NCBI GenBank assembly: GCA_965206285.1
Contig: OZ242205.1
Location: forward strand, 4,564,478-4,628,477
Reading direction: 5' to 3'
DNA length: 64,000 nucleotides
From: Vicinamibacterales bacterium
GTDB lineage: Bacteria > Acidobacteriota > Vicinamibacteria > Vicinamibacterales > UBA8438
The position numbers and the translations under genes were made by a program. The notes below the pieces were generated by a model. The model saw nothing but the letters and a program-made list of their open reading frames with translations, was not told where the DNA came from and made no database searches. The first letter of the stretch is position 1. Each line of letters begins with the position of its first letter. Positions 36,797 through 45,273 of this stretch are shown piece by piece.

Positions 36797-37225
36797 TCAG
36801 CCCGATTTCCCCGATGAGGCCGGGCCGTGGTCAGGCAGGAGGAATCTGCACGACGGGCCCGGCGCACGGCCAAGGCGGGCGTCGAGCGTCGCCAGGGGTA
36901 CCGCCAGCGCCTCGGCGCAGGCGACGTACCAGGCGTCGTAGGTGGTCAGGTTGAGGCGCAGCTCCCAAATCCGCGAAGCGAACGGTTCGAAGCTCAGCAA
37001 CTCGATCGGAAGATCGACGATGTCCCGATAGCCCGCCGTCGCCTCCGGGCCGGAGATTTCACGCGCCAACTCGGCGCGCCGCAACACGTTGCCGGCTTCT
37101 ATCGGGGCCAGCTGTGGCGCCATCAGGGGTCTTTCGGCGGTCACCCTGCGAGCCCAGTCGCCGTCGGATCCGGTGTCCATCACCGCCGCCACGAGAACCG
37201 AGGCATCGACCACGACCGGCGGCAT
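36797..37225 (-). CDS. vapC: PIN-domain toxin
   Basis: 142-aa ORF. VVVDASVLVAAV.. and TYDAWYVACAEALAVPLATLDARL. Confidence 0.8.
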   Translation of the reverse strand: MPPVVVDASVLVAAVMDTGSDGDWARRVTAERPLMAPQLAPIEAGNVLRRAELAREISGPEATAGYRDIVDLPIELLSFEPFASRIWELRLNLTTYDAWYVACAEALAVPLATLDARLGRAPGPSCRFLLPDHGPASSGKSG

Positions 37226-37231
37226 CGCGTC

Positions 37232-37468
37232 TCAGCTCCGGCCGGCATCGAGGTGGCGGAGAATCTCGCTGGCGGGCAGGCGTGTCCGCGTGGCGGTCTG
37301 GCGCTCGCGCACCCGTTCGAGCCATCGATCGACGGACGGCCTCGACGCCAATCGTTCGAGCTCGCCGCGCAAGTACTCCTGCATCGACTTGCGGGCCAGG
37401 GCGGCGCGGGCGGCGAGCTCGTCACGCACCGCTTCCGGGACGTTGCGCACCGTGATTTGAACGGCCAT
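37232..37468 (-). CDS. vapB: ribbon-helix-helix antitoxin (FitA/VapB-like)
   Basis: Met46 of ORF 37232..37603. MAVQITVRNVPEAVRDELAARAALARKSMQEYLRGEL. It lies 6 nt upstream of vapC. Confidence 0.75.
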   Translation of the reverse strand: MAVQITVRNVPEAVRDELAARAALARKSMQEYLRGELERLASRPSVDRWLERVRERQTATRTRLPASEILRHLDAGRS

Positions 37469-37474
37469 GCTGTC

Positions 37475-37503
37475 ATTATGACGCCGTTGCTGTCTGTCTG
37501 CAA
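37475..37503 (-). promoter_or_regulatory. promoter candidate giving a leaderless vapB mRNA
   Basis: Minus strand TTGCAG (37503-37498), 17 nt, CATAAT (37480-37475), then 6 nt to the vapB ATG (37468). Confidence 0.4.
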
Positions 37504-37563
37504 TCGCCTGCGCGCCGTGGGCAGCGTCCCGTCGGCGCGCCGTGCGCTGTACCCGTACCAGGT

Positions 37564-39290
37564 TCACGCCAACGCGACATGCCGAATCGGCTCCTCCCGA
37601 CACGTGCGAACGCCCTGCATGTCAGAGCCGCGCTGGCGAACGGTTCGAAGCGCGAGTTCCTCAGGGAGGCAGGAGGAGAACTTCAGTGAGTCCGTAGCGT
37701 CGGCCGTTGTGGGGAAGAGATCGGCGGTGGTATCCCCGGGCAGGTCATCCAGTCGCCGTCTCAGGTCCTCGATGCTGACGTCATCGCGGAGCCGGATGGA
37801 GAGATTGTCCTCACGGGAGGTTGGGAGATGAAGCGGCCCAGCCAGCTCTCCGAGGATCGCGTTCGCCCGGAGGCCGGCGAAGGTCCACCAGCGGCTGGCG
37901 CCCGCTTGGTCGCGGACGATCGCGGTACCGGTAGCGTCAACCCAGGAGAAGTCTTCTTGGAACTCGTCGAGCTTCATCCGGGCGCGCTTGCTGATATCGA
38001 TGCGGAGCGATCCCTCGACAAGGACTTGGCGGATAGCGCGGCAAAGGTCGAAGGACAGCGGAACACCCGGTCCGATCCAGCGAGAGCGTCCCCTCTCGGT
38101 GGAGGCCTTCACGTAGGCGACGCGGTGGTCCCAGTCGATGTGAGACACCTCCCAGCTCCTGCCTGCGAGCAGGAGCACGACGGGACCGTCGCGGCGGACC
38201 TGGAAGGAGACCGTCGTCGGACGTTGCGAGGAACAGGCAGTTCCGGACGGTTCCGGGCCGTCGGCCGGTGCGGCCCAGTCGCTGGAGGAAGGAGGCGACG
38301 GTGGCGGGCGCGTCGATCTGGATGACGCGGTCGAGGTCGCCGACGTCGATTCCCAGCTCGAGCGTGCTCGTGGCGACGATGACACAGTCACGGCTCTGTG
38401 AGAACGCCTCCTCGGAACGTCGGCGCTCGTCCAGCGCAAGTGAGCTGTGGGAGACGAAGGTCTCGGTACCGGCTTGACGGAGTTCCGCGGCCAGCGCCTC
38501 GACACGGGCTCGACTGTCGCAGAACACGAGGCGTTTCTCGCCTCGGTGCAGCGCTGAGACTACCTTCGCTGCGTTCCGGATGCTGCCTACGTAGTCCAGA
38601 TGCGCTGTTGCCGAGCTCGCAGCTTCGCCCCCCCGGCGCGATGACGCGCCGCGGTCGGGAAGAAGCGGGGGCGAGCCATTCGAGGAGCGCCTCGGGATTC
38701 CCGATGGTCGCGGAGAGACCGAGGCGCTGAATCTCACGTCCCGCCAAGTGGCGCACTCGCTCCAGGACCGCGAGCAGATGCCAGCCTCGATCGTCGCCGG
38801 CGAAGGCGTGCAACTCGTCTACGACGACGGCTTGGATGTCCTGGAAGAGCACGCGGGGCTCCGCGCGGCTCGAGACGAGCATGACCTCGATGGACTCGGG
38901 TGTCGTGAGCAGAAGGTCGGGCCGTTCCTGCATGATGGCCCGCCGTCGGGAGGCGCCGATGTCGCCGTGCCAGAGCGCGACCCGCCGGCCGACCAGGGTG
39001 CCGTAGGCCCGAAGGCGCGACTCGATGTTGTTGAGCAGAGCCTTGATTGGACAGACGTAGAGCACGCTCAACCCGCTCCAGCGTTCGGTCAGCATCCGCG
39101 AAAGCAGCGGAAACACCGCCGCCTCGGTCTTGCCGCCAGCGGTGGGCGCCAGCAGCAAGGCGTGATCGCCGTCCAGCACGGGAGGAATGGCGTGCTCCTG
39201 GAGCGGCCGCAACGACGTCCACCCGAGCGAGTTGACGATGTGATGTTGAAGGGCGGGGTGCAGCCGCTCGAACGCGGGCTTGTGATTCAC
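37564..39290 (-). pseudogene. brxHI: Lhr-like DEAD/DEAH helicase of BREX (BrxHI-type), split over three frames
   Basis: Frame a (39290 to about 38630): LLLAPTAGGKTEAA, VVDELH, LSATIGNPE. Frame b (about 38626-38212): RLVFCDSRARVEALA..VATSTLELGIDVG..QRLGRTGRR. Frame c (about 38211-37564): VSFQVRRDGPVVLLLAGRSWEV... The first switch sits at a run of seven G (C7 on the plus strand, 38628-38634). Confidence 0.75.
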
Positions 39291-40600
39291 GGCTCCAGCT
39301 CGATGTCGTCCGGGGTGGTTGCGGCGCGGGCGTTGCGCTCGACATCGGTCAGCTCGCCGTCGGTCAGGGTCAGGGCATAGTCGCGCCGCGGGTCGAAGTC
39401 CGGGTGGAGGTCGATCCGATCGAGCACGTCCTGGACCAACTTCTTGAGGAAGACCCGTGGCGCGATGCCGATTCGGCCACCCAGACCGCCGGTGACGGCG
39501 CGGGCGAGACTGCTCAAGTACGGATCGTCCGCTCGATCAAGAACGCGTCCGGGGGCGGCGGCGCCCTCGGCGTAGAGATCACGAGTCTTCCGCCCCACGG
39601 CCTCCAGGCGCGAGAGGTCGAAGTTCTGCAACCGCACCTGCGGCGCCCGCGGGTTGTCGAAGCGCTGCGCGCCGGAGAAGTCCACGGCGAGCCGCTGGGC
39701 CAGGGGTGGCAGGCGCTGCACCCCTTGCGGTCCCTCGAAGAACGCGGGGGTCCCTGTGATCACGAGGTAGAGGCCCGGGAAGCGGCCAGAGTCGATCTCG
39801 TCGATTACCTGCCGGAGGGCATTCAGGCTCTTCTCTCGCACGTCGCTACGCACGCGTTGCAGGGTCTCGACCTCGTCGAGCACGACGACGAGCCCCGAGA
39901 AGCCCGAATCGCGCAGGATGACGAGCAGGCCCTGGAGGAAGCTGAGTGCGCCGAAGTGGTCGAGGTCGCCCTTGACGCCCGCGTACCGCTTGGCGGCGGC
40001 GCCGACGTTGGGCTGCCCGCCGACCCAGGCCAACAGCGCCTCGGCCATGGCGCGGTCGTTCCCGGCGACGGCCCGTCGATAGGCGCGGAGCGCCGCTGCA
40101 AACGACGGAGCGTGGCGGGCAACCTGCGCGAGACGCCGTTCCATGAGGTCGGTCGTTCGGGCCAGGAGCGCCTCCGCATCACCCTCCGCCACGCTGCCCT
40201 CGGCGAGCACGTCTTCCTCCAGCGCGTAGAACCAGTTGTCGAGGATGGACCGGAGGGCGCCCTGCTGGGTATCCGCGGTCGAGAGGCGTTCGGTCAGCCG
40301 GCGGTACACCGTCTCGAGGCGGTGCAGCGGCGTCTCCGTCTCGGAGATCTGCACCTCGGCCGCGGCGAACCCTTCGCGTTTCGCGCGTTCCTGCAGCCAC
40401 CGCACGAAGAAGGTCTTCCCGCTGCCGTACTCTCCGCGAACCGCCTTGAACTTCGCGCTCCCGGCTGCGACGGATGCCAGCTCTTCGCCCACCACGGCAA
40501 GAGCCGGCAGGCCGATGCCGATGGCGCGGGCGTCCGGATACCGGTCGCGGATCGACTTCACCTGGGCGAGTACCTGCGCCAACGATGGGACGCCGGTCAT
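39287..40600 (-). CDS. brxD: BREX system ATP-binding protein BrxD (DUF2791-type)
   Basis: Intact 437-aa ORF. Walker A GEYGSGKTFF, Walker B LVVVLDEVE. Length and the pattern ..PLHRLETVYRRL.. and ..YLVITGTP.. fit BrxD. The ATGA overlaps the downstream helicase start and an upstream frame. Confidence 0.75.
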   Translation of the reverse strand: MTGVPSLAQVLAQVKSIRDRYPDARAIGIGLPALAVVGEELASVAAGSAKFKAVRGEYGSGKTFFVRWLQERAKREGFAAAEVQISETETPLHRLETVYRRLTERLSTADTQQGALRSILDNWFYALEEDVLAEGSVAEGDAEALLARTTDLMERRLAQVARHAPSFAAALRAYRRAVAGNDRAMAEALLAWVGGQPNVGAAAKRYAGVKGDLDHFGALSFLQGLLVILRDSGFSGLVVVLDEVETLQRVRSDVREKSLNALRQVIDEIDSGRFPGLYLVITGTPAFFEGPQGVQRLPPLAQRLAVDFSGAQRFDNPRAPQVRLQNFDLSRLEAVGRKTRDLYAEGAAAPGRVLDRADDPYLSSLARAVTGGLGGRIGIAPRVFLKKLVQDVLDRIDLHPDFDPRRDYALTLTDGELTDVERNARAATTPDDIELEP

Positions 40601-40679
40601 GGGCGGTCCTTCCCGTCGCGCAGCAGCTTCCAGGTGGTCCCCATTCGCGCGCCCGGTTCCCTGCGCAGCCCGCGGCGGC

Positions 40680-41240
40680 CCCGGCGGTGCTCACGGCGGT
40701 CTCGTTCACGCGGGCGAAGAACGTCTCGTCGCCGATCTCCTCCCGCAGCCGCCGAGCGTCGTCGAAGAACCCCGCGCCGCGGTAGACGCCCGGCGTGGGC
40801 GCGTCGGGGTGCAGCTTGGCGACCCGCGCCGCATAGCCCCCCAGCACCGCCGCATCGAGGCTCGGCTTGCCGATCATGTGATAGGGCGCGAGCAGGAAAC
40901 GCCGGCCGGCGAGCCAGTCACCGTGGCGCGTGACGACGCCTTCGAGACCCTCGGCGGCGCAGGCCTCCGCGTGCTGCTGCAGCAGCAGGTGGAGCACCAC
41001 CATGAAGTGGCTCTTGCCGCTGCCGAAGCTGCCGTGCAGGTAGGCCGCCTTGCTCGAGCCGGACGCGAGCGCGCCCTTGATGAGGTCGAGCGCCCGGTCG
41101 AAGGCGTCGGCGAACTGCGGCGTCACGACGTAGGTCCGCAGCGTCTCTGCGGGCTTCGCCACGCCCTCGGCGAGCCGCAGGACGAAGTCGTCGCGGTGCA
41201 CCCGCTCGGGGATGTCGATCAGGTCGCGGAGCGGCGTTAT
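40680..41240 (-). pseudogene. pglY: 5-prime fragment (~187 codons) of pglY (DUF499 P-loop ATPase of BREX type 2)
   Basis: ITPLRDLIDIPERVHRDDFVLRLAEGV..YVVTPQFADAFDRAL..AAYLHGSFGSGKSHFMVVLHLLL..FFARVNE, after which sense is lost. The start position reads ATA. The frame runs on into brxD with no stop. Another frame ends WKLLRDGKDRP-stop at the brxD ATGA. Confidence 0.65.
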
Positions 41241-41728
41241 GCCGGGTCGGTTCCCCTGCCCATCTTCGCTGACGCCGGCTGGTGGGGGACGCCGGCTCCC
41301 GCCTCGTCGGCCTCCGAAACGAGCGCCTCGACACGCCGGGCCGCCCAGCCGACGACGGCCGCCGCGGCCTCCATGGCCTCGTCGTATTCCTCTCTCGTTG
41401 TCGTTGCTCTCTCGTCGGCCGTGTTCGGATACCTCCCGCCGCCGCTGTAGAGCGTCAGCGCCTCCCCCTTGCGGACCTCGTCGGGAATCGCCTCGCCGAT
41501 CCGTGCCGCCCGGTCGAGCAGCAGGCCGATGTCGTGCGTGTACGGAAACACTTCGCCGCGCGCGATCATCACGCCCTTGACTGCCTTTTCGGCCCCCAGG
41601 TGCGCCTCGGAGCACAACAGCCGCAGGTTCAGGCCGGGCTCGTGCTTGCCGGCGATCTTCAAGTGATCCCGCGCTTCGTCGATCCACAGTGGCGCGGCGC
41701 TCGCTTCAAGCGCCCGGCGCTGATTCAT
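41237..41728 (-). CDS. HEPN domain protein (toxin partner of MNT)
   Basis: 163-aa ORF. ..SEAHLGAEKAVKGVMIARGEVFPYTHDIGLLL.. fits the PF05168-type HEPN helix pattern. Overlaps the upstream NTase gene by 23 nt. Confidence 0.7.
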   Translation of the reverse strand: MNQRRALEASAAPLWIDEARDHLKIAGKHEPGLNLRLLCSEAHLGAEKAVKGVMIARGEVFPYTHDIGLLLDRAARIGEAIPDEVRKGEALTLYSGGGRYPNTADERATTTREEYDEAMEAAAAVVGWAARRVEALVSEADEAGAGVPHQPASAKMGRGTDPA

Positions 41729-42041
41729 AAACAGTCCTGCCTTCCCGTAGCGCCGGTGCTATCACGAGCCAATAGGAGTCCTTGTGCCGAAGGAGATCTT
41801 CCGGCCAGACGACCACGACGTCGACCGGAGGACGCGGCCTCGGCAGGTTGCGGTAGATCAGGGCCGCCGTTTTCCGTTGATGACAGTGGTCCTTCACGAC
41901 GAGGAGGTCGAGGTCGCTCGAGGAGGTCATCTCGCCCCGAGCAGCGGAACCGAACAGGATGATCTTCTCTGGCGCCACCGCGTCGACGATGCTCTCGACG
42001 ATGCGCCCGACAACGCTGTCCAGCCGCTCTTGATCCATCAT
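41706..42041 (-). CDS. minimal nucleotidyltransferase (MNT-type antitoxin)
   Basis: Met33 of ORF 41706..42137. KIILFGSAARGEMTSSSDLDLLVV carries the GS..x(9-11)..D.D NTase signature. Confidence 0.75.
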   Translation of the reverse strand: MMDQERLDSVVGRIVESIVDAVAPEKIILFGSAARGEMTSSSDLDLLVVKDHCHQRKTAALIYRNLPRPRPPVDVVVVWPEDLLRHKDSYWLVIAPALREGRTVYESAPGA

Positions 42042-42099
42042 CGCGATTATGCCGCGCCGGCCGGCGCGGCGGCAATCGCCGCAAAGGTGCCCGCCCGGG

Positions 42100-43229
42100 T
42101 CACGTGGCTTTTCTGCGGCGGCCTCGCCCCGTCCCACCGCCCGGCGGCGGCCAGTCCCGCAGCGACTCGCGGGTCAGCGAGAGCGCCCGCGCCTCGTCGT
42201 CGATGAACGCCTCGAAGTAGTCGCCCATCCCGATGTCGAACTCGGGGTCCGGCTCGTTGTGGTACTGCCGTACCCACGGCAGCAGCTCCAGCAGGGCCGC
42301 GAGCAGGGGCGCCAGCCGCTCCGCCGTCCAGCCCTCCTGCTCCCGCATCCGGCTGAAGTACCCGGCGACGGCCCGGCTCTGCTCCAGCGCGTCCAGCCCG
42401 CCCACCCGACCACCAGCGACGGGTCGGCGTCGCGCTCGCAGCCCGGCAGGCTGACGAAGCGTTCCTTGGGCACGTCGAGCTTGCCCCGCAGGCGCCACCA
42501 CACGCCCTTGCGGAAGTCGGCTGCCGCATACCGCGGCGGGACGGGGACGGCGCCGACCTCGGCCGCCTTGAGCGCCACCGCCGCTTCCGGCGTCAGTCGA
42601 TCAGGGTCCGCCGCGGGCAGGGCGACCCGCGCGTCGATGGCGTCCTCCATCCGCTGCAGCGCCCAGGTGTGCTCCCAGGCCGCCCGCTTGCGGAGCCCCG
42701 AGGGCTTGTAGCGCAGCACCGGGAGCAGCGGGACGCTCTCGTCCTCGACCAGTAGGGCCACCAGCTTCGCGACGTCGAAGTCGGCACGTCCCGTGTACAG
42801 CGCGGCCACCTGCAGGAACTCGGCATCGTCCCGCATCTGGTCCGCCAGCGTGGCGGTGGTCGTGAGGCGCGGCTCCAACCAAAGCGACGGCGCTTCCAAC
42901 CGGTCGAGCAGCCAGCCCCGGAGCGCCCGCTCCTGCTGCGTCTCCCACGGCTCGTCGTTCCAGCGGCGCTTGTACTCCGGCTGCTCGATCAGGGCCACGC
43001 CGCCGATCTCCGAGATCCCCGCACACTGGCCGACCGCGTACCGGGCGCTGGTCCGGCGGCGCATCGAGGGCATCGAGAACAACACCAACGTCGAGGCGTG
43101 CCGCTCGAACCACTTCGTCTCGACCTCGCCGGCGGCCATCTTCCGCGCGAGGACGATTTCGAAGGCGCGCTCGCCAAGGCGGACAGCGGGTACGTCGCTG
43201 GCAGACATACAGAGGTCGTCCTCTGTCAA
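42100..43229 (-). pseudogene. pglX: 3-prime third of BREX adenine methyltransferase gene pglX, with one frame change
   Basis: IEQPEYKRRWNDEPWETQQERALRGWLLDRLE, RYKPSGLRKRAAWEHTWALQRMED, LRGKLDVPKERFVSLPG and GWAGW. After a switch near 42395 it reads LDALEQSRAVAGYFSRMREQEGW..LPWVRQYHNEPDPEFD..LRDWPPP. No methyltransferase catalytic N-terminal part is present. Confidence 0.6.
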
Positions 43230-43282
43230 TCCGTAGAGCCGGTAGCAGCGCCAGTCGCGGCCGGGGGCTGCGGGCGCCGGCG

Positions 43283-43440
43283 GTTGCGGTTGGTGACGGC
43301 GCGCTGGGCTTCTGGTCCGCGTTACGGGACGTGTGGCCGAAGACGACCGTGCAACGCGACTGGTGCCACAAGCTCGCCAACGTGCTCGACAAGCTGCCGA
43401 AGCGGCTTCGACCGCGGGCGAAGCGGGCGCTACGCGAGAC
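43283..43440 (+). mobile_element. IS256-family (mutator-type) transposase remnant, ~52 codons
   Basis: AVGDGALGFWSALRDVWPKTTVQRDWCHKLANVLDKLPKRLRPRAKRALRE matches the conserved central block of IS256-family transposases (GDGALGFW..QRCW.HK..NVL..LPK). No intact ORF or ends were found. Confidence 0.7.
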
Positions 43441-43509
43441 GAGCCGGAGGACGAAGTCGTCGCGGTGGATCCGTTCCGGGATGTGGATCAGGTCGCGGAT
43501 CAGCGGCAT
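43438..43509 (-). pseudogene. pglY: second pglY 5-prime fragment (24 codons) truncated by the IS scar
   Basis: ATG CCG CTG ATC CGC GAC.. translates as MPLIRDLIHIPERIHRDDFVLRLV. By eye it is about 85% nt identical to 41165-41235. Confidence 0.6.
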
Positions 43510-44450
43510 GTCGTCGAAGGCGCCGCCGACATCGAGCGCCGTTGCTGGAGGATCTCGGGAATACGCCGTTCCGCGTGCTGAACGATGGTGACCGCGATCT
43601 GCCGAACATCCCGAAAGTCCTGCTCGGTAGTCTCCCCGCCCGAGCCCGGATACTGGGCTTCTCCCCCGTAGTCCGATAGAAGATGCAGCTTCTGCCGATC
43701 CAGCGGAGGCAGGTTCTCGCCTGCGCGCTGCGCCTGCTCGGCCAACGTCCCCAGCTTGTGGGTGAACTCCACGGCAACGCCATGCGCGGTGATGATGCCT
43801 TTCAAGGCCCGCTCCGCCGCCGCCGGGAGATTGATGCAGCGGCTGTCGAGCTCCACTTCGGGATCCGGGTTGCGGCTCTGCGCCAGCTCGCTCCGCGCCT
43901 TGCGAAGCCAATCGAGCGCTTCCTCCGGCTTGTAGAGGCGATTCTGCATCATGTCCGCCGCCCTCGCGCACCTGTTGGCGGCGCTTCCGCGCCGCACCGC
44001 GTCCGAAATCTCGACGGCCGTGGTCCTGTCGTAGACGGTGATGCCGTCGCGGAGAGCCGGCGCCAGGACCAGACTCAGACTGTCCTTGTGCCGCTCGGCA
44101 TGCTCGGGGGTGGCCGCGATGACGTCGACCGGGGGCCCTTCCGCGGACAGGCTGCACTGCGCCCGAGCCGCGAGCTCGCGGCTGTTGCAGCCCGCCTTGA
44201 CGATGAGGAGATCGAGATCGCTCCCGGCCTTCATCATCCCGCGGGCGCCAGACCCGAACAGCACGATCCGATCCGGGTCGACCGCCCGGACGATGCGCTG
44301 TACGACGTCGGCGAGGATGCGACCGTTCGGAGATCCATCCTCGTCGACCCACCCGCGTCGCGACTCGAACGAGCCGTTCGCGTCGAGCGCCGGCCGCGCA
44401 GGCGTCGTCGCCGTCGATGCGCTCATGAAGACCTCGGAATCACCTTCCAT
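43500..44450 (-). CDS. single-chain nucleotidyltransferase-HEPN fusion protein
   Basis: 316-aa ORF. NTase half: RIVLFGSGARGMMKAGSDLDLLIV..PVDVIAATPE. HEPN half: ..WLRKARSELAQS..AAERALKGIITAHGVAVEFTHKLGTL..DYGGEAQYP. The domain junction is near 44000-44020. Alternative start at Met9 (44426). Confidence 0.7.
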   Translation of the reverse strand: MEGDSEVFMSASTATTPARPALDANGSFESRRGWVDEDGSPNGRILADVVQRIVRAVDPDRIVLFGSGARGMMKAGSDLDLLIVKAGCNSRELAARAQCSLSAEGPPVDVIAATPEHAERHKDSLSLVLAPALRDGITVYDRTTAVEISDAVRRGSAANRCARAADMMQNRLYKPEEALDWLRKARSELAQSRNPDPEVELDSRCINLPAAAERALKGIITAHGVAVEFTHKLGTLAEQAQRAGENLPPLDRQKLHLLSDYGGEAQYPGSGGETTEQDFRDVRQIAVTIVQHAERRIPEILQQRRSMSAAPSTTCR

Positions 44451-44692
44451 CGACAGGGTACACCGCCGGCGGTCCGCGGCAAACTCCCACTTGGAACGGC
44501 TGCCGTGGCCGCGATTCCTGGTACCCCTCCTGACCGGCGTTCACACGCCGACATCGGAGGAACGGCGCGCGCTTGGTGTCTCTCGAGGCGGCGTGAGTCG
44601 CTTGCCCGCGACGAAGGCGCGCCGCGTGCGCGAGGCCCCTCAGCCGAATCGGCTGGACGCTGAAGCGGGGCTGCCGCCACCGACGGCTGACT

Positions 44693-45166
44693 TCAGGGTT
44701 CCGTGGACGGAGGGTGCTCCGAGGGGGGCGTGGCGCGCTCGTCCCGCGGCGCCTCCTTCGCGATCATCACTTCGGTCGCCTTGATCAGCGCCGTCGCGTC
44801 GTCGCCGCGTTTCAATCCCAGCTCGTCGAGGGCGTCGCGGGTGATGACCGCGGTCAGCCACTGGTCGCCGATGCGGAGGCGAACCTGGGCGACGAGGCCT
44901 TCCCGCCGCACCTCGTCGACGATGCCCTGCAGGCGGTTGCGGCCGCTGATGCGGACGAGCACGCCGCCGCCGCGCGGGCTGCCCTCGGGGCGGGAGGGCG
45001 GCCGGTCGGTGCGGGCGAGCAGGCGTTCGACTTCCGCTTCCGATATCCGGTGGTGTCCGCCGGCGGTGCGGGTGGTGCGGACGCCGCCGCGGTAGATCCA
45101 GTGCTTGAGGGTCGAGTAGCCGATGCCGAGACGCTCTGCCGCCTGTCTCACCGTCAGCGTGGCCAT
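44693..45166 (-). CDS. transcriptional regulator: excisionase/MerR-type HTH plus a single TOBE (molybdate-binding) domain
   Basis: Met21 of ORF 44693..45226. MATLTVRQAAERLGIGYSTLKHWIYRGGV, then ISGRNRLQGIVDEVRREGLVAQVRLRIGDQWLTAVITRDALDELGLKRGDDATALIKATEV. Divergent from modABC. Confidence 0.75.
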   Translation of the reverse strand: MATLTVRQAAERLGIGYSTLKHWIYRGGVRTTRTAGGHHRISEAEVERLLARTDRPPSRPEGSPRGGGVLVRISGRNRLQGIVDEVRREGLVAQVRLRIGDQWLTAVITRDALDELGLKRGDDATALIKATEVMIAKEAPRDERATPPSEHPPSTEP

Positions 45167-45198
45167 TCGCTCTCGCTCCCGCCTGCCGTGGTCGCGGC

Positions 45199-45226
45199 GT
45201 GACCGGCATCGGCCGATGCCGGTCAC
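45199..45226. promoter_or_regulatory. 28-bp perfect palindrome in the regulator-modA divergent region
   Basis: GTGACCGGCATCGG|CCGATGCCGGTCAC is exactly self-complementary. It is followed at 45240-45290 by a low-GC stretch, CGAATCGAATCATACTATATTGTTCAGAATGAT. Confidence 0.7.
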
Positions 45227-45273
45227 GCCGAATCGTTTGGCGAGTCGAATCGAATCATACTATATTGTTCAGA

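Noticed and set aside
37564-39290. Three separate helicase-related genes (38388..39290, 37937..38737, 37564..38505).
   Set aside because: The three ORFs carry consecutive parts of one Lhr-like helicase (motifs I-III, then IV-VI, then the C-terminal domain) and overlap only through their nonsense extensions. This is one gene with frame breaks.
40179-41687. 502-aa ORF as a single gene.
   Set aside because: It is a composite. Junk lies upstream of 41240, then a genuine PglY N-terminal segment, then an out-of-frame run through brxD. I also considered the P-loop fragment as an intact small ATPase, but it has no start codon and no stop of its own.
43331-43591. 86-aa plus-strand ORF as an intact small gene.
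   Set aside because: It is a chimera. The first ~36 aa are the tail of an IS256-type transposase block, and the rest is antisense to the second pglY start and the HEPN end.
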